A stretch of 64,000 nucleotides of DNA from Pseudomonadota bacterium (GTDB lineage Bacteria > Pseudomonadota > Gammaproteobacteria > Burkholderiales > Burkholderiaceae_C). Positions 38,378-47,295 of this stretch are shown piece after piece. Position numbers and translations under genes: made by a program. The notes beneath the pieces are model-generated. The model was not told the origin of the DNA, ran no database searches, and was given only the letters and a program-made list of their open reading frames with translations. The stretch covers positions 23,967 through 87,966 of the forward strand of contig JAZKEE010000130.1 in NCBI GenBank assembly GCA_040387235.1, in the 5' to 3' direction. The stretch's first letter is position 1. Each line of letters starts with the position of its first letter.

Positions 38378-40186
38378 ATGAGCACCACCCTCACCCCTCC
38401 CGTCCCCGCCACCAAGGCGGCCATCAAACCGGTCAACCACATCGGCCCCGTGGACTGGCGCCGCATGGTCGAGTGGCTCAGTGCCGATGGCGTGATCTCC
38501 CAGGAGGAGGCACAACGCACCATCGCCCGCTGCTCGCAGGCCGAAAGCTCGCAGCCGGCCCTGGTCCGGCTGGCCGCAGTGGCCATGACGCGCGCCTCCG
38601 ATGGCAAGCCGCTGGACATCGAACTGCTCACCGAATACCTGGCACAGCGCGCCGGCCTGCCGTACATGCGCATCGACCCGTTGCGGGTGGACGTGGGCCG
38701 GGTCGCCGACACCATGAGCGCCACCTATGCCGAGCGCCACAAGGTGCTGCCCGTGCAGGTGACCCCCAAGGAGGTAGTGGTGGCCACGGCCGAGCCCTTC
38801 GTCGACGACTGGGTGGCCGAGGTCGAGCGCCAGGCGAGGCGCACGGTGCGCCGCGTGGTGGCCAACCCGCAGGACATCCACCGCTTCACGGCAGAGTTCT
38901 TCGCGCTGGCCAAATCCGTGCGCGCCGCGCAGAAGGCGGGCGGTGCATCGGGCGGCAGCAGCTTCGAGCAACTGGTGGAGCTGGGGCGCAGCAACAAGCA
39001 GCTCGACGCCAACGACCAGGGCGTGGTCAAGGTGGTGGACTGGCTGTGGCAGTACGCCTTCGACCAGCGTGCGAGCGATATCCACCTGGAACCGCGCCGC
39101 GAGCAGGGCGTGATCCGCTTTCGCATCGACGGCGTGCTGCACCCGGTCTACCAGATGCCCATGGGCGTGCACAACGCCATGATCTCGCGCATCAAGCTGC
39201 TCGGGCGCATCGACGTGGTGGAAAAGCGCCGTCCGCAGGACGGCCGGATCAAGACCCGCAACCAGCGCGGGGACGAGGTCGAAATGCGCCTGTCCACGCT
39301 GCCCACCGCCTTTGGCGAAAAGATGGTGATGCGGATCTTCGACCCCGACAACACCGTCAAGGACCTCGACGCGCTGGGCTTTGCGCAGCACGACGCGACG
39401 CGCTGGGAGGCGCTGGTCAAGCGCCCGCACGGCATCATCCTGGTGACCGGGCCCACGGGCTCGGGCAAGACCACCACGCTGTACTCCACGCTCAAGCGCG
39501 TGGCCACCGAAGAGGTCAACGTGAGCACGGTGGAGGATCCGATCGAAATGATCGAGCCGAGCTTCAACCAGACCCAGGTGCAGCCGCAGCTCGACTTCAA
39601 TTTCGCCGAGGGCCTGCGAGCGCTGATGCGCCAGGATCCGGACATCATCATGGTCGGCGAAATCCGCGATCTGGAGACGGCCGAGATGGCCATCCAGGCG
39701 GCGCTCACGGGCCACCTGGTCTTCTCCACGCTGCACACGAACGACGCGCCTTCGGCCATCACCCGCATGATGGAACTTGGTGTCCCCTCGTACCTCATCA
39801 ACGCCACGCTCCTGGGCGTGTTGGCGCAGCGCCTGGTGCGCACCTTCTGCAAGCAGTGCAAGCAAAAGGACGAGTCGGCCGACCGCGAAGCGCTCAGCGC
39901 CTTCATCAAGCCATGGAAGCTCAGCGGTGCCTACCAGCCCTACAAGGCCGTGGGCTGCGTGGACTGCCGCATGACGGGTTTCCAGGGCCGCATGGGACTC
40001 TATGAACTGCTCACCGTGAGCGAGGCGCTCAAGGACAAGATCACCACGGCGCCCTCGATGGAAGCGCTGCGCCGCCAGGCCATCGCCGATGGCATGCGGC
40101 CGCTGCGGCTGGCCGGTGCGCTGCGCGTGGCGGAGGGGCTCACGACGATCGAGGAAGTGATGTCCGCAACGCCACCCATGGACTGA
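38378..40186 (+). CDS. GspE/PulE/PilB-family secretion ATPase
   Basis: RASDIHLEP, EKRRPQDGR, Walker A GPTGSGKTTT, RQDPDIIMVGEIRD, STLHTND, CxxC...CxxC. Confidence 0.93.
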   Translation: MSTTLTPPVPATKAAIKPVNHIGPVDWRRMVEWLSADGVISQEEAQRTIARCSQAESSQPALVRLAAVAMTRASDGKPLDIELLTEYLAQRAGLPYMRIDPLRVDVGRVADTMSATYAERHKVLPVQVTPKEVVVATAEPFVDDWVAEVERQARRTVRRVVANPQDIHRFTAEFFALAKSVRAAQKAGGASGGSSFEQLVELGRSNKQLDANDQGVVKVVDWLWQYAFDQRASDIHLEPRREQGVIRFRIDGVLHPVYQMPMGVHNAMISRIKLLGRIDVVEKRRPQDGRIKTRNQRGDEVEMRLSTLPTAFGEKMVMRIFDPDNTVKDLDALGFAQHDATRWEALVKRPHGIILVTGPTGSGKTTTLYSTLKRVATEEVNVSTVEDPIEMIEPSFNQTQVQPQLDFNFAEGLRALMRQDPDIIMVGEIRDLETAEMAIQAALTGHLVFSTLHTNDAPSAITRMMELGVPSYLINATLLGVLAQRLVRTFCKQCKQKDESADREALSAFIKPWKLSGAYQPYKAVGCVDCRMTGFQGRMGLYELLTVSEALKDKITTAPSMEALRRQAIADGMRPLRLAGALRVAEGLTTIEEVMSATPPMD

Positions 40187-40316
40187 TTTCTACGCTCCGT
40201 ACAGAGGGAAAACGCGCAGTCCCGAGTGTTACCGGGTGTAGGTGGAATCCACATCCGACAAGCCTCCTGTTGCCAGCACAATCGCACGGTTGTGAAATCC
40301 GCATAGGAGACATATC

Positions 40317-40805
40317 TTGCAAATCAAGAGTCAGAAAGACTTTTTTTCCGGCCTGGTGTTCATGGGTGTCGGAGTCGCGTTTGCGTGGGGTGCCACCACG
40401 TACAACGTTGGCAATGGCGCCCGCATGGGACCCGGGTACTTCCCGCTCATGCTGGGGATCCTGCTGGCCATCATCGGCGCCGTGATCACGTTCAAGGCCA
40501 CTGCGGTTGAAACGGTGGACGGCGACAAGATCGGCAAGTGGGCCTGGAAGCCGCTGTTCTTCATCCTGGCCGCCAACTTCGCGTTCGGCATCCTGCTGGG
40601 CGGCTTGCCCAGCATGGGCATCCCGGCCATGGGCCTGATCGTCGGCATCTACGCGCTGACCTTCATCTCCAGCCTGGCAGGCAACGAATTCAAGGCGCGT
40701 GACGTCTTCGTTCTTGCCACCGTGCTGGCCATTGGCAGCTACGTCGCATTCGTCTGGGCACTGAAGCTTCAGTTCCCGGTGTGGCCCAGTTTCATTTCCG
40801 GTTAA
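40317..40805 (+). CDS. tctB: tripartite tricarboxylate transporter small subunit TctB
   Basis: MGPGYFP motif, 4-5 TM; TTG start after AGGAG. Confidence 0.88.
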   Translation: MQIKSQKDFFSGLVFMGVGVAFAWGATTYNVGNGARMGPGYFPLMLGILLAIIGAVITFKATAVETVDGDKIGKWAWKPLFFILAANFAFGILLGGLPSMGIPAMGLIVGIYALTFISSLAGNEFKARDVFVLATVLAIGSYVAFVWALKLQFPVWPSFISG

Positions 40806-40823
40806 GGCAGGAGCATCCACACC

Positions 40824-42335
40824 ATGGAATTGTTTGACAACCTGGCGCTCGGCTTCGGCGTCGCCTTCACGTTTCAGAACCTCATCTACTGTTTTGTCGG
40901 CTGCCTCTTGGGCACGCTGATCGGCGTGCTGCCGGGCATCGGCCCCGTGGCCACCATCGCCATGCTGCTGCCTGCCACCTATGCGCTGCCCCCCGTGGCA
41001 GCGCTGATCATGCTGGCCGGTATCTATTACGGCGCACAGTACGGTGGTTCCACCACCGCCATTCTGGTCAACCTGCCGGGCGAGTCCTCCTCGGTGGTGA
41101 CCGTGATCGACGGCTACCAGATGGCGCGCAAGGGCCGGGCAGGTCCGGCGCTCGCGGCGGCCGGCCTGGGTTCGTTCTTCGCTGGTTGCGTGGGTACGCT
41201 GATCCTGGCGGCCTTCGCTCCTCCGCTGACCGAAGTGGCCTTCAAGTTCGGTCCTGCCGAATACTTCTCGCTGATGGTGCTGGGCCTGATCGGCGCCGTG
41301 GTGCTGGCCTCGGGCTCGCTGCTCAAGGCCGTGGCCATGATCGTGCTGGGCCTGCTGATGGGCCTGGTGGGTACCGACGTGAACTCGGGCGTGGCCCGCT
41401 TCAGCTTCGACATCCCTGAACTGACCGACGGCATCGGCTTCGTGACCATCGCCATGGGCGTGTTCGGCTACGGTGAAATCATTGCCAACCTCTCGCGTCC
41501 CGATGACGAACGCGAAGTGTTCACGGCCAAGGTCGAGGGCCTGTTCCCCACCAAGGATGACTTCAAGCGCATGATTCCTGCGGTGCTGCGCGGTACGGCC
41601 CTGGGCTCTGCCCTCGGTATCCTGCCCGGCGGTGGCGCCCTGCTGGCTGCCTTCGCTGCCTACACCATCGAGAAGAAGACCAAGCTCAAGCCCGGTGAAG
41701 TGCCATTCGGCCAAGGCAACATCCGTGGTGTGGCCGCCCCCGAAGCCGCCAACAACGCCGGTGCGCAGACCTCGTTCATCCCGCTGCTGACGCTGGGTAT
41801 CCCTCCCAACGCCGTGATGGCGCTGATGGTCGGTGCCATGACCATCCACAACATCCAGCCTGGTCCCCAGGTGATGACGAGCAACCCCGAGCTGTTCTGG
41901 GGCCTGATCGCCTCGATGTGGATCGGCAACGCCATGCTGATCATCCTGAACCTGCCGCTGATCGGCATCTGGATCAAGCTGCTCACGGTGCCTTACCGCT
42001 GGCTGTACCCCTCCATCGTGCTGTTCTGCGCGGTCGGTGTGTACTCCACGAACAACAACACCTTCGACATCTGGATGGTGGGTGCGTTCGGCCTGGTGGG
42101 CTACATCTTCTACAAGCTGGGTACGGAGCCTGCACCTTTGCTGCTGGGCTTCATCCTGGGCCCGATGATGGAAGAAAACCTGCGCCGTGCGCTGCTGCTG
42201 TCGCGCGGCGACTGGAGCGTGTTCGTCACGCGTCCACTGTCGGCCGGCCTGCTGGCGGCTGCTGCCCTGCTGCTGGTCATCGTGCTGCTGCCTGCGGTGA
42301 AGAACAAGCGTGAAGAGGCCTTCGTCGAGGAATGA
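40824..42335 (+). CDS. tctA: tripartite tricarboxylate transporter large subunit TctA
   Basis: GTLIGVLPGIG, YYGAQYGGS..AILVNLPG, AAPEAANNA, LTLGIP, LGFILGPMME. Confidence 0.95.
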   Translation: MELFDNLALGFGVAFTFQNLIYCFVGCLLGTLIGVLPGIGPVATIAMLLPATYALPPVAALIMLAGIYYGAQYGGSTTAILVNLPGESSSVVTVIDGYQMARKGRAGPALAAAGLGSFFAGCVGTLILAAFAPPLTEVAFKFGPAEYFSLMVLGLIGAVVLASGSLLKAVAMIVLGLLMGLVGTDVNSGVARFSFDIPELTDGIGFVTIAMGVFGYGEIIANLSRPDDEREVFTAKVEGLFPTKDDFKRMIPAVLRGTALGSALGILPGGGALLAAFAAYTIEKKTKLKPGEVPFGQGNIRGVAAPEAANNAGAQTSFIPLLTLGIPPNAVMALMVGAMTIHNIQPGPQVMTSNPELFWGLIASMWIGNAMLIILNLPLIGIWIKLLTVPYRWLYPSIVLFCAVGVYSTNNNTFDIWMVGAFGLVGYIFYKLGTEPAPLLLGFILGPMMEENLRRALLLSRGDWSVFVTRPLSAGLLAAAALLLVIVLLPAVKNKREEAFVEE

Positions 42336-42363
42336 CCTCCCCGGCCTGCTTTGAGAGCTGATG

Positions 42364-42393
42364 CAACGGCGCCTTTGGGCGCCGTTGTTTTTT
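42364..42393 (+). terminator. intrinsic terminator after tctA
   Basis: perfect 10-bp stem CAACGGCGCC-TTTG-GGCGCCGTTG followed by T6. Confidence 0.85.
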
Positions 42394-42462
42394 GGCGAGT
42401 GGGCGGTGCAGGCACTGCAGGGGCACGGTACACAATGGCGTGACAGGTTCTGAACTTCGCGC

Positions 42463-43761
42463 ATGCCCATATCCACCAGTTTTCTGCAGCACCCGCACCG
42501 GGCCCTGCTGCACAACGAGATCCATGCCCGCCCGCCGGAAGCCATGGCGGCGCCGCTGGCGATTGCCCACATCGTGATGCTGGCGGATGCCGCGGGGCGC
42601 GAGGCCAGCCGGGCCCATGTGGCCGCGCTCCTGCGTGACCACCACATGGCCTTGCCCGATGCGCAGACCACGCATCTGCGCATGGACCTGGGCGCCTTTC
42701 GCATGCGCTGGGAGCTGCATACGGAGTTCGTCACCTGGACCTTCATGGTGCCCGCGCAGGTGGATGCCTTTGGCGACCGCGATCCGGTGGGGGCCGCCGA
42801 GGCCGTTCCCCACGAATGGCTGGCGGCCTTGCCCGGCCAGTGCCTGTGCAGCCTGAACCTGTGGGTGCTCCCCACCCACACCTTCGGCTCGGGCTCGCTG
42901 GTCAAGCATGTGCTGCACGAGGACACGCTGGTGGCCTCCACCGTGGCCGATGGCCATGGCGAGGTGTACACCGACTTTGCGATCCATGCGGACGGCTTCT
43001 CGCGCATGGTGCTGCTGGCGGGCGGCATGACGCCGCGCCGCCTGGGCCGGCTGGTGCAGCGCCTGCTGGAGATCGAGACCTACCGCATGGCCGCGCTGCT
43101 GGGCCTGCCCGCGGCGCGCGAGGCGGCGAGCGTGCTGGCCTTCGCCGAGCGCGAACTGGCCGAGCTGGCCGACGCCATCCGCACCGCCAACCGCGATGCC
43201 GAGCCCGCGCTGCTGGACCGCCTGACGCGGCTGGCCGGGCAGGTGGAAAGCCAGTACGCGGCCACGCATTCGCGCTTTTCCGCCAGCAGCGCCTACTTCG
43301 AGTTGCTGGACAAGCGCATCGAGGACATTGCCGAATCGCGCCTGGCGGGCATGCAGACCATCCGCGATTTCATGGACCGGCGCCTGACCCCCGCGCGCAG
43401 CACCTGCGAGTGGGCCGCCCGGCGCCAGGACGCGCTGTCGCAACGCGTCTCGCGCATGAGCAACCTGCTGCGCACGCGCGTGGAGATCGAGCAGCAGCAA
43501 AGCAGCCAGGCCTTGCTGGCCACCATGAACCACCGCCAGGACCTGCAGCTGAAGATGCAGTCCACGGTGGAAGGCCTCTCGGTGGCGGCCATCACCTACT
43601 ACATCGTCGGCCTGGTGAGCTACCTGGCCAAGGGTGCGCAGAAGCTCGGCTGGCCCCTGTCGGCCGAGACCACGGCGGCCCTGGCGATTCCGCTGGTGGC
43701 GGTGGGCGTGTGGTGGTCGCTGCGGCGGCTGCACCACCGCATCTTCCGAACCCGCCACTGA
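42463..43761 (+). CDS. DUF3422 family membrane protein
   Basis: HP.R..LHNEIHARP, RWELHTEF, GRLVQRLLEIETYRM.ALLGLP, TVEGLSVAAITYY. Confidence 0.88.
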   Translation: MPISTSFLQHPHRALLHNEIHARPPEAMAAPLAIAHIVMLADAAGREASRAHVAALLRDHHMALPDAQTTHLRMDLGAFRMRWELHTEFVTWTFMVPAQVDAFGDRDPVGAAEAVPHEWLAALPGQCLCSLNLWVLPTHTFGSGSLVKHVLHEDTLVASTVADGHGEVYTDFAIHADGFSRMVLLAGGMTPRRLGRLVQRLLEIETYRMAALLGLPAAREAASVLAFAERELAELADAIRTANRDAEPALLDRLTRLAGQVESQYAATHSRFSASSAYFELLDKRIEDIAESRLAGMQTIRDFMDRRLTPARSTCEWAARRQDALSQRVSRMSNLLRTRVEIEQQQSSQALLATMNHRQDLQLKMQSTVEGLSVAAITYYIVGLVSYLAKGAQKLGWPLSAETTAALAIPLVAVGVWWSLRRLHHRIFRTRH

Positions 43762-43921
43762 GAGGCTGAGAATCTTTCGTCCATGCCCGCCTTGCACGCC
43801 GAAGCACCCCGGCTCGTCGAAAGCAAATGCTCGCCATAGCCCGAGCTAAGGCTGTGCTTTGCGCCTAGATCCGAGGCGTTTTGACGCGCCCCTCGGACAC
43901 GGCCAAAAAATTCCCAGCCTC
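43762..43921. mobile_element. 160-bp MITE-like element with 28-bp imperfect terminal inverted repeats and TGA direct repeats
   Basis: left GAGGCTGAGAATCTTTCGTCCATGCCCG vs right end reverse complement GAGGCTGGGAATTTTTTGGCCGTGTCCG (22/28); TGA at 43759-61 and 43922-24. Confidence 0.7.
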
Positions 43922-44075
43922 TGAGCCGGCTCTCTGCGGCCATCGCCGATGGTGGGGCCACCCGCGCAGAGGCTCGATGGCGCTGTGCTGGATACCGTGC
44001 CAAACTCATAGGCATGCACACGATGCAGGAGGGGCCACCGGCGCCTGCCGTGCCATTGACCTGAGAAAGCATTGC

Positions 44076-45026
44076 TTGTCGAACCCCTCACCGTCCCAGC
44101 CACCGCAGCCCGCTGCGCACGCCAAAGCCGCCAGCAAACCCATCGCGTCAGGCCTTCTGCTGGCCCTGTTCGGCTCCATCGCCTTCAGTGGCAAGGCCAT
44201 CATCGTCAAGCTGGCCTACCGCCATGGGGTGGATGCGGTCACGCTGATCATGTACCGCATGCTGTTCGCGCTGCCCATCTTTGCGGCCATGGGATGGTGG
44301 GCCAGCCGGGGCAGGCCGCCGCTGTCGCGCAAGGACTGGCTGGGCATCGCCGGCCTGGGCATCACGGGCTACTACCTGGCCAGCTTTCTGGATTTTGCTG
44401 GGCTGGCCTACATCAGTGCGAGCCTGGAGCGCCTGATCCTGTACCTCAACCCCACGCTGGTGATGATGCTCGGCTGGGTGCTGTACCGCCGGGGCATCCG
44501 CTGGGGCCAGGCCCTGGGCATGCTCGTGAGTTACTGCGGCGTGGTGCTGGTCTTCGGCCATGAGGCCAACCTGCAGGGCAGCAACGTGGCGCTGGGCGCG
44601 CTGCTGGTGTTCCTGAGTGCGGTGAGCTATGCCATCTACCTCGTCTACAGCGGCGAGATGGTCCAGCGCATCGGATCGCTTCGGCTGGTGGGCCTGGCGA
44701 CCACGGTGGCCTGCCTGTGCTGCCTGCTGCAGTTCGTGGTGCTGCGGCCGCTCTCCGCGGCCATCGTCGCACCCGAGGTGATCTGGCTGTCGGTGCTCAA
44801 TGCCACGCTGTGCACGGCGGTGCCGGTGCTCATGGTGATGATGGCCATCGAGCGCATCGGCGCCGGCATGGCTGCGCAGATAGGCATGGTGGGGCCCTTG
44901 TCCACCATCCTCATGGGGATCTGGATCCTTGGAGAGCCCTTCACGATGTGGGTGGCGTGCGGCACGGCGCTGGTGGTTGCGGGCATCTTCGTCTTCACCC
45001 GCCCGGCCCGCAAGCCGCTGCCCTGA
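44076..45026 (+). CDS. DMT/EamA family transporter
   Basis: ~10 TM; AFSGKAIIVKLAY, LDFAGL.YISASLERLILY; start uncertain (TTG). Confidence 0.88.
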   Translation: MSNPSPSQPPQPAAHAKAASKPIASGLLLALFGSIAFSGKAIIVKLAYRHGVDAVTLIMYRMLFALPIFAAMGWWASRGRPPLSRKDWLGIAGLGITGYYLASFLDFAGLAYISASLERLILYLNPTLVMMLGWVLYRRGIRWGQALGMLVSYCGVVLVFGHEANLQGSNVALGALLVFLSAVSYAIYLVYSGEMVQRIGSLRLVGLATTVACLCCLLQFVVLRPLSAAIVAPEVIWLSVLNATLCTAVPVLMVMMAIERIGAGMAAQIGMVGPLSTILMGIWILGEPFTMWVACGTALVVAGIFVFTRPARKPLP

Positions 45027-45142
45027 GGGCCAGGCGCGGGGCCCAGGACAGTCCCCCGCAGTGGGCAGGGCGGCCCAACTCCACTTATGATTTGGTGAAA
45101 GGGCGTGCGGTGTGCATTTCCCGATGAATCACGGAGTTGGAC

Positions 45143-45946
45143 ATGGATCTGGGTATTGCAGGCAAGTGGGCGCTGGTGTGTGGTGCAAGCAAGGGGTTGG
45201 GCTATGGCTGTGCCCAGGCGCTGGTGAATGAAGGCGTTCACGTCGTTGTCAACGCCCGCAACCCCGACGTGCTGGCGCAGGCCGCATCGCGCCTGCAAAC
45301 CCAGGGTGCCGCCGCCCAGGCCAAGGTGATCGCGGTCGCGGCCGACATCACCACCGCCGAAGGCCGTGCGGCCGTGTTCGCGGCGGCCGGGGGCCCGGGG
45401 CATGCGTTCGACATCGTCGTCACCAACGCCGGTGGGCCGCCTCCCGGCGATTTCCGCAACTGGGACCGCGATGCCTGGATCAAGGCGGTGGACGCGAACA
45501 TGCTCACCCCCATCGAACTCATCAAGGCCACGGTGGATGGCATGGCCGAGCGCGGCTTTGGCCGCATCGTCAACATCACCTCCAGCGCCGTGAAGGCACC
45601 GATCGACATCCTGGGCCTGTCCAATGGCGCGCGCAGCGGGCTCACGGGCTTTGTGGCGGGTGTCTCGCGCAGCAAGCTGGCGGGCAGTGGGGTGACCATC
45701 AACAACCTGCTGCCCGGCAAGTTCGATACCGACCGGCTGGCATCCACCGTGGGCGCCGCGGCGGCCAAGTCCGGCACCAGCGTGGAAGAGTTCCGCAAGC
45801 TGCAGCAGGCCCAGATCCCTGCGGGCCGCTACGGCACGGCCGAAGAATTCGGTGCCATCTGCGCCTTCCTGTGCAGCGTGCATGCAGGCTACATGACCGG
45901 CCAGAATGTACTGACCGATGGAGGCGCGTACCAGGGCACCTTCTGA
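45143..45946 (+). CDS. short-chain dehydrogenase/reductase
   Basis: ALVCGASKGLG, NAGGPPPG, SNGARSGL, NNLLPG.FDTDR, GRYG...EFG. Confidence 0.92.
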   Translation: MDLGIAGKWALVCGASKGLGYGCAQALVNEGVHVVVNARNPDVLAQAASRLQTQGAAAQAKVIAVAADITTAEGRAAVFAAAGGPGHAFDIVVTNAGGPPPGDFRNWDRDAWIKAVDANMLTPIELIKATVDGMAERGFGRIVNITSSAVKAPIDILGLSNGARSGLTGFVAGVSRSKLAGSGVTINNLLPGKFDTDRLASTVGAAAAKSGTSVEEFRKLQQAQIPAGRYGTAEEFGAICAFLCSVHAGYMTGQNVLTDGGAYQGTF

Positions 45947-46188
45947 CGGGCGAAGGCCCAGGCGCCCCTGGAATGCGCCATGCAGTGCCTTGATATCCAT
46001 CAGGTAGCCTGGAAAGAGGGGACCATGGGTGTTGCAGGGCATGCCTTTCCGCGTGTTTTCCCGGTATTCAGTGGGGTTTGCAGAGGCACAATGGACTGAT
46101 GGCCCTACTGTGGTCCGTTGTGTTTTGTGCACATTTTTCCCATACTTTGGGAACTAGGACAAAAAATAAGGCCGGAGATACCAACGCC

Positions 46189-47295
46189 ATGAACCTGTCC
46201 CGTGTCCTGACGACCCGATTCGCCGCGCTGGCCCTGCTGGCTGCGGGCGCGTGGGCGTGTGGCGGTGCCGCCGGGGCCCAGGCGGCCGGGGCCGTGCCCA
46301 CCGCCAAGGCCCCCGCTCCGTACAAGCTGCGCATCGTGGGCGGCCTGGCCACGATCAACCAGTACACACGGCAGGAAGAACCCTTCTGGAGCAAGGATCT
46401 GGCGCGGCTGAGCGGCGGCAAGTTCGAGGCCGAGATCGTGCCCTTCGACCGCGCCGGCGTGCCCGGCGGGGAGATGCTGCGCCTCTTGCAGCTCGGGGTG
46501 GTGCCCTTCGGCACCACGCTCATGAGCTCCTTCTCGGCCCAGTACCCGGAATACACGGCGCCTGACCTCGCGGGGCTCAACCCCGACATCGCCACCCTCA
46601 AGAGCACGGTGGCCGCGTTTCGCCCCTATCTGGAAAAGGCCCTGCGCGACCAGCACGGGGTCGAGGCCCTGGCCATCTACGTCTACCCGGCCCAGGTGGT
46701 CTTCTGCAAGAAGCCCCTGCGCGGCCTCTCCGATCTGTCGGGCCGGCGCACCCGCGTCTCCTCCTCCAGCCAGGCCGATTTCGTGGGTGCGCTGGGCGGT
46801 ATTCCCGTGCTCACGGGCTTTGCGCAGATCGTGACCAGCCTGTCGGCCGGCAATACCGAGTGTGCGATCACGGGCACCATGTCGGGCAATACCCTGGGCC
46901 TGCACACCATGACCTCCCACCTGCATGCGCTGCCGGTGAACTGGGGCCTGGCGGTGTTTGCCGCCAACCAGGCAGCCTGGGAGGCCTTGCCACCCGATCT
47001 GCGGGCGCTGCTGCGCCGCGAGCTGCCCCGGCTGGAGGCCGCGATCTGGGAGGAGGCCGAGCGCGAAACCGCGGACGGCATGGCCTGCAACCGGGGGGCC
47101 GCCAGCTGCAGCGGCGGGCGCAAGGGCAGCATGGTCGTCGTACCCGTCTCGGAACAGGACGAGAAGAGCCGCCGTGAGATCCTGGCCTCCACCGTGCTTC
47201 CGCGCTGGGTGCAACGCTGTGGACCGCGCTGTGCCGACATCTGGAACCGAACCATCGGGCCCGTGCGCGGCCTGGCCGCGGCGCCTGGCAAATGA
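46189..47295 (+). CDS. TRAP-type (DctP family) periplasmic solute-binding protein, orphan
   Basis: signal peptide; EEPFW, LRLLQLG, YPAQVVFCKKP..LSDL.G.R.RV, N..AWEALP; ATGA overlap with next gene. Confidence 0.82.
   Translation: MNLSRVLTTRFAALALLAAGAWACGGAAGAQAAGAVPTAKAPAPYKLRIVGGLATINQYTRQEEPFWSKDLARLSGGKFEAEIVPFDRAGVPGGEMLRLLQLGVVPFGTTLMSSFSAQYPEYTAPDLAGLNPDIATLKSTVAAFRPYLEKALRDQHGVEALAIYVYPAQVVFCKKPLRGLSDLSGRRTRVSSSSQADFVGALGGIPVLTGFAQIVTSLSAGNTECAITGTMSGNTLGLHTMTSHLHALPVNWGLAVFAANQAAWEALPPDLRALLRRELPRLEAAIWEEAERETADGMACNRGAASCSGGRKGSMVVVPVSEQDEKSRREILASTVLPRWVQRCGPRCADIWNRTIGPVRGLAAAPGK

Noticed and set aside
40140-43028. 962-aa minus-strand ORF and similar long Arg/Ala/Gly-rich ORFs across the window
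   Set aside because: Shadows of well-supported genes on the other strand or frame; no motifs.
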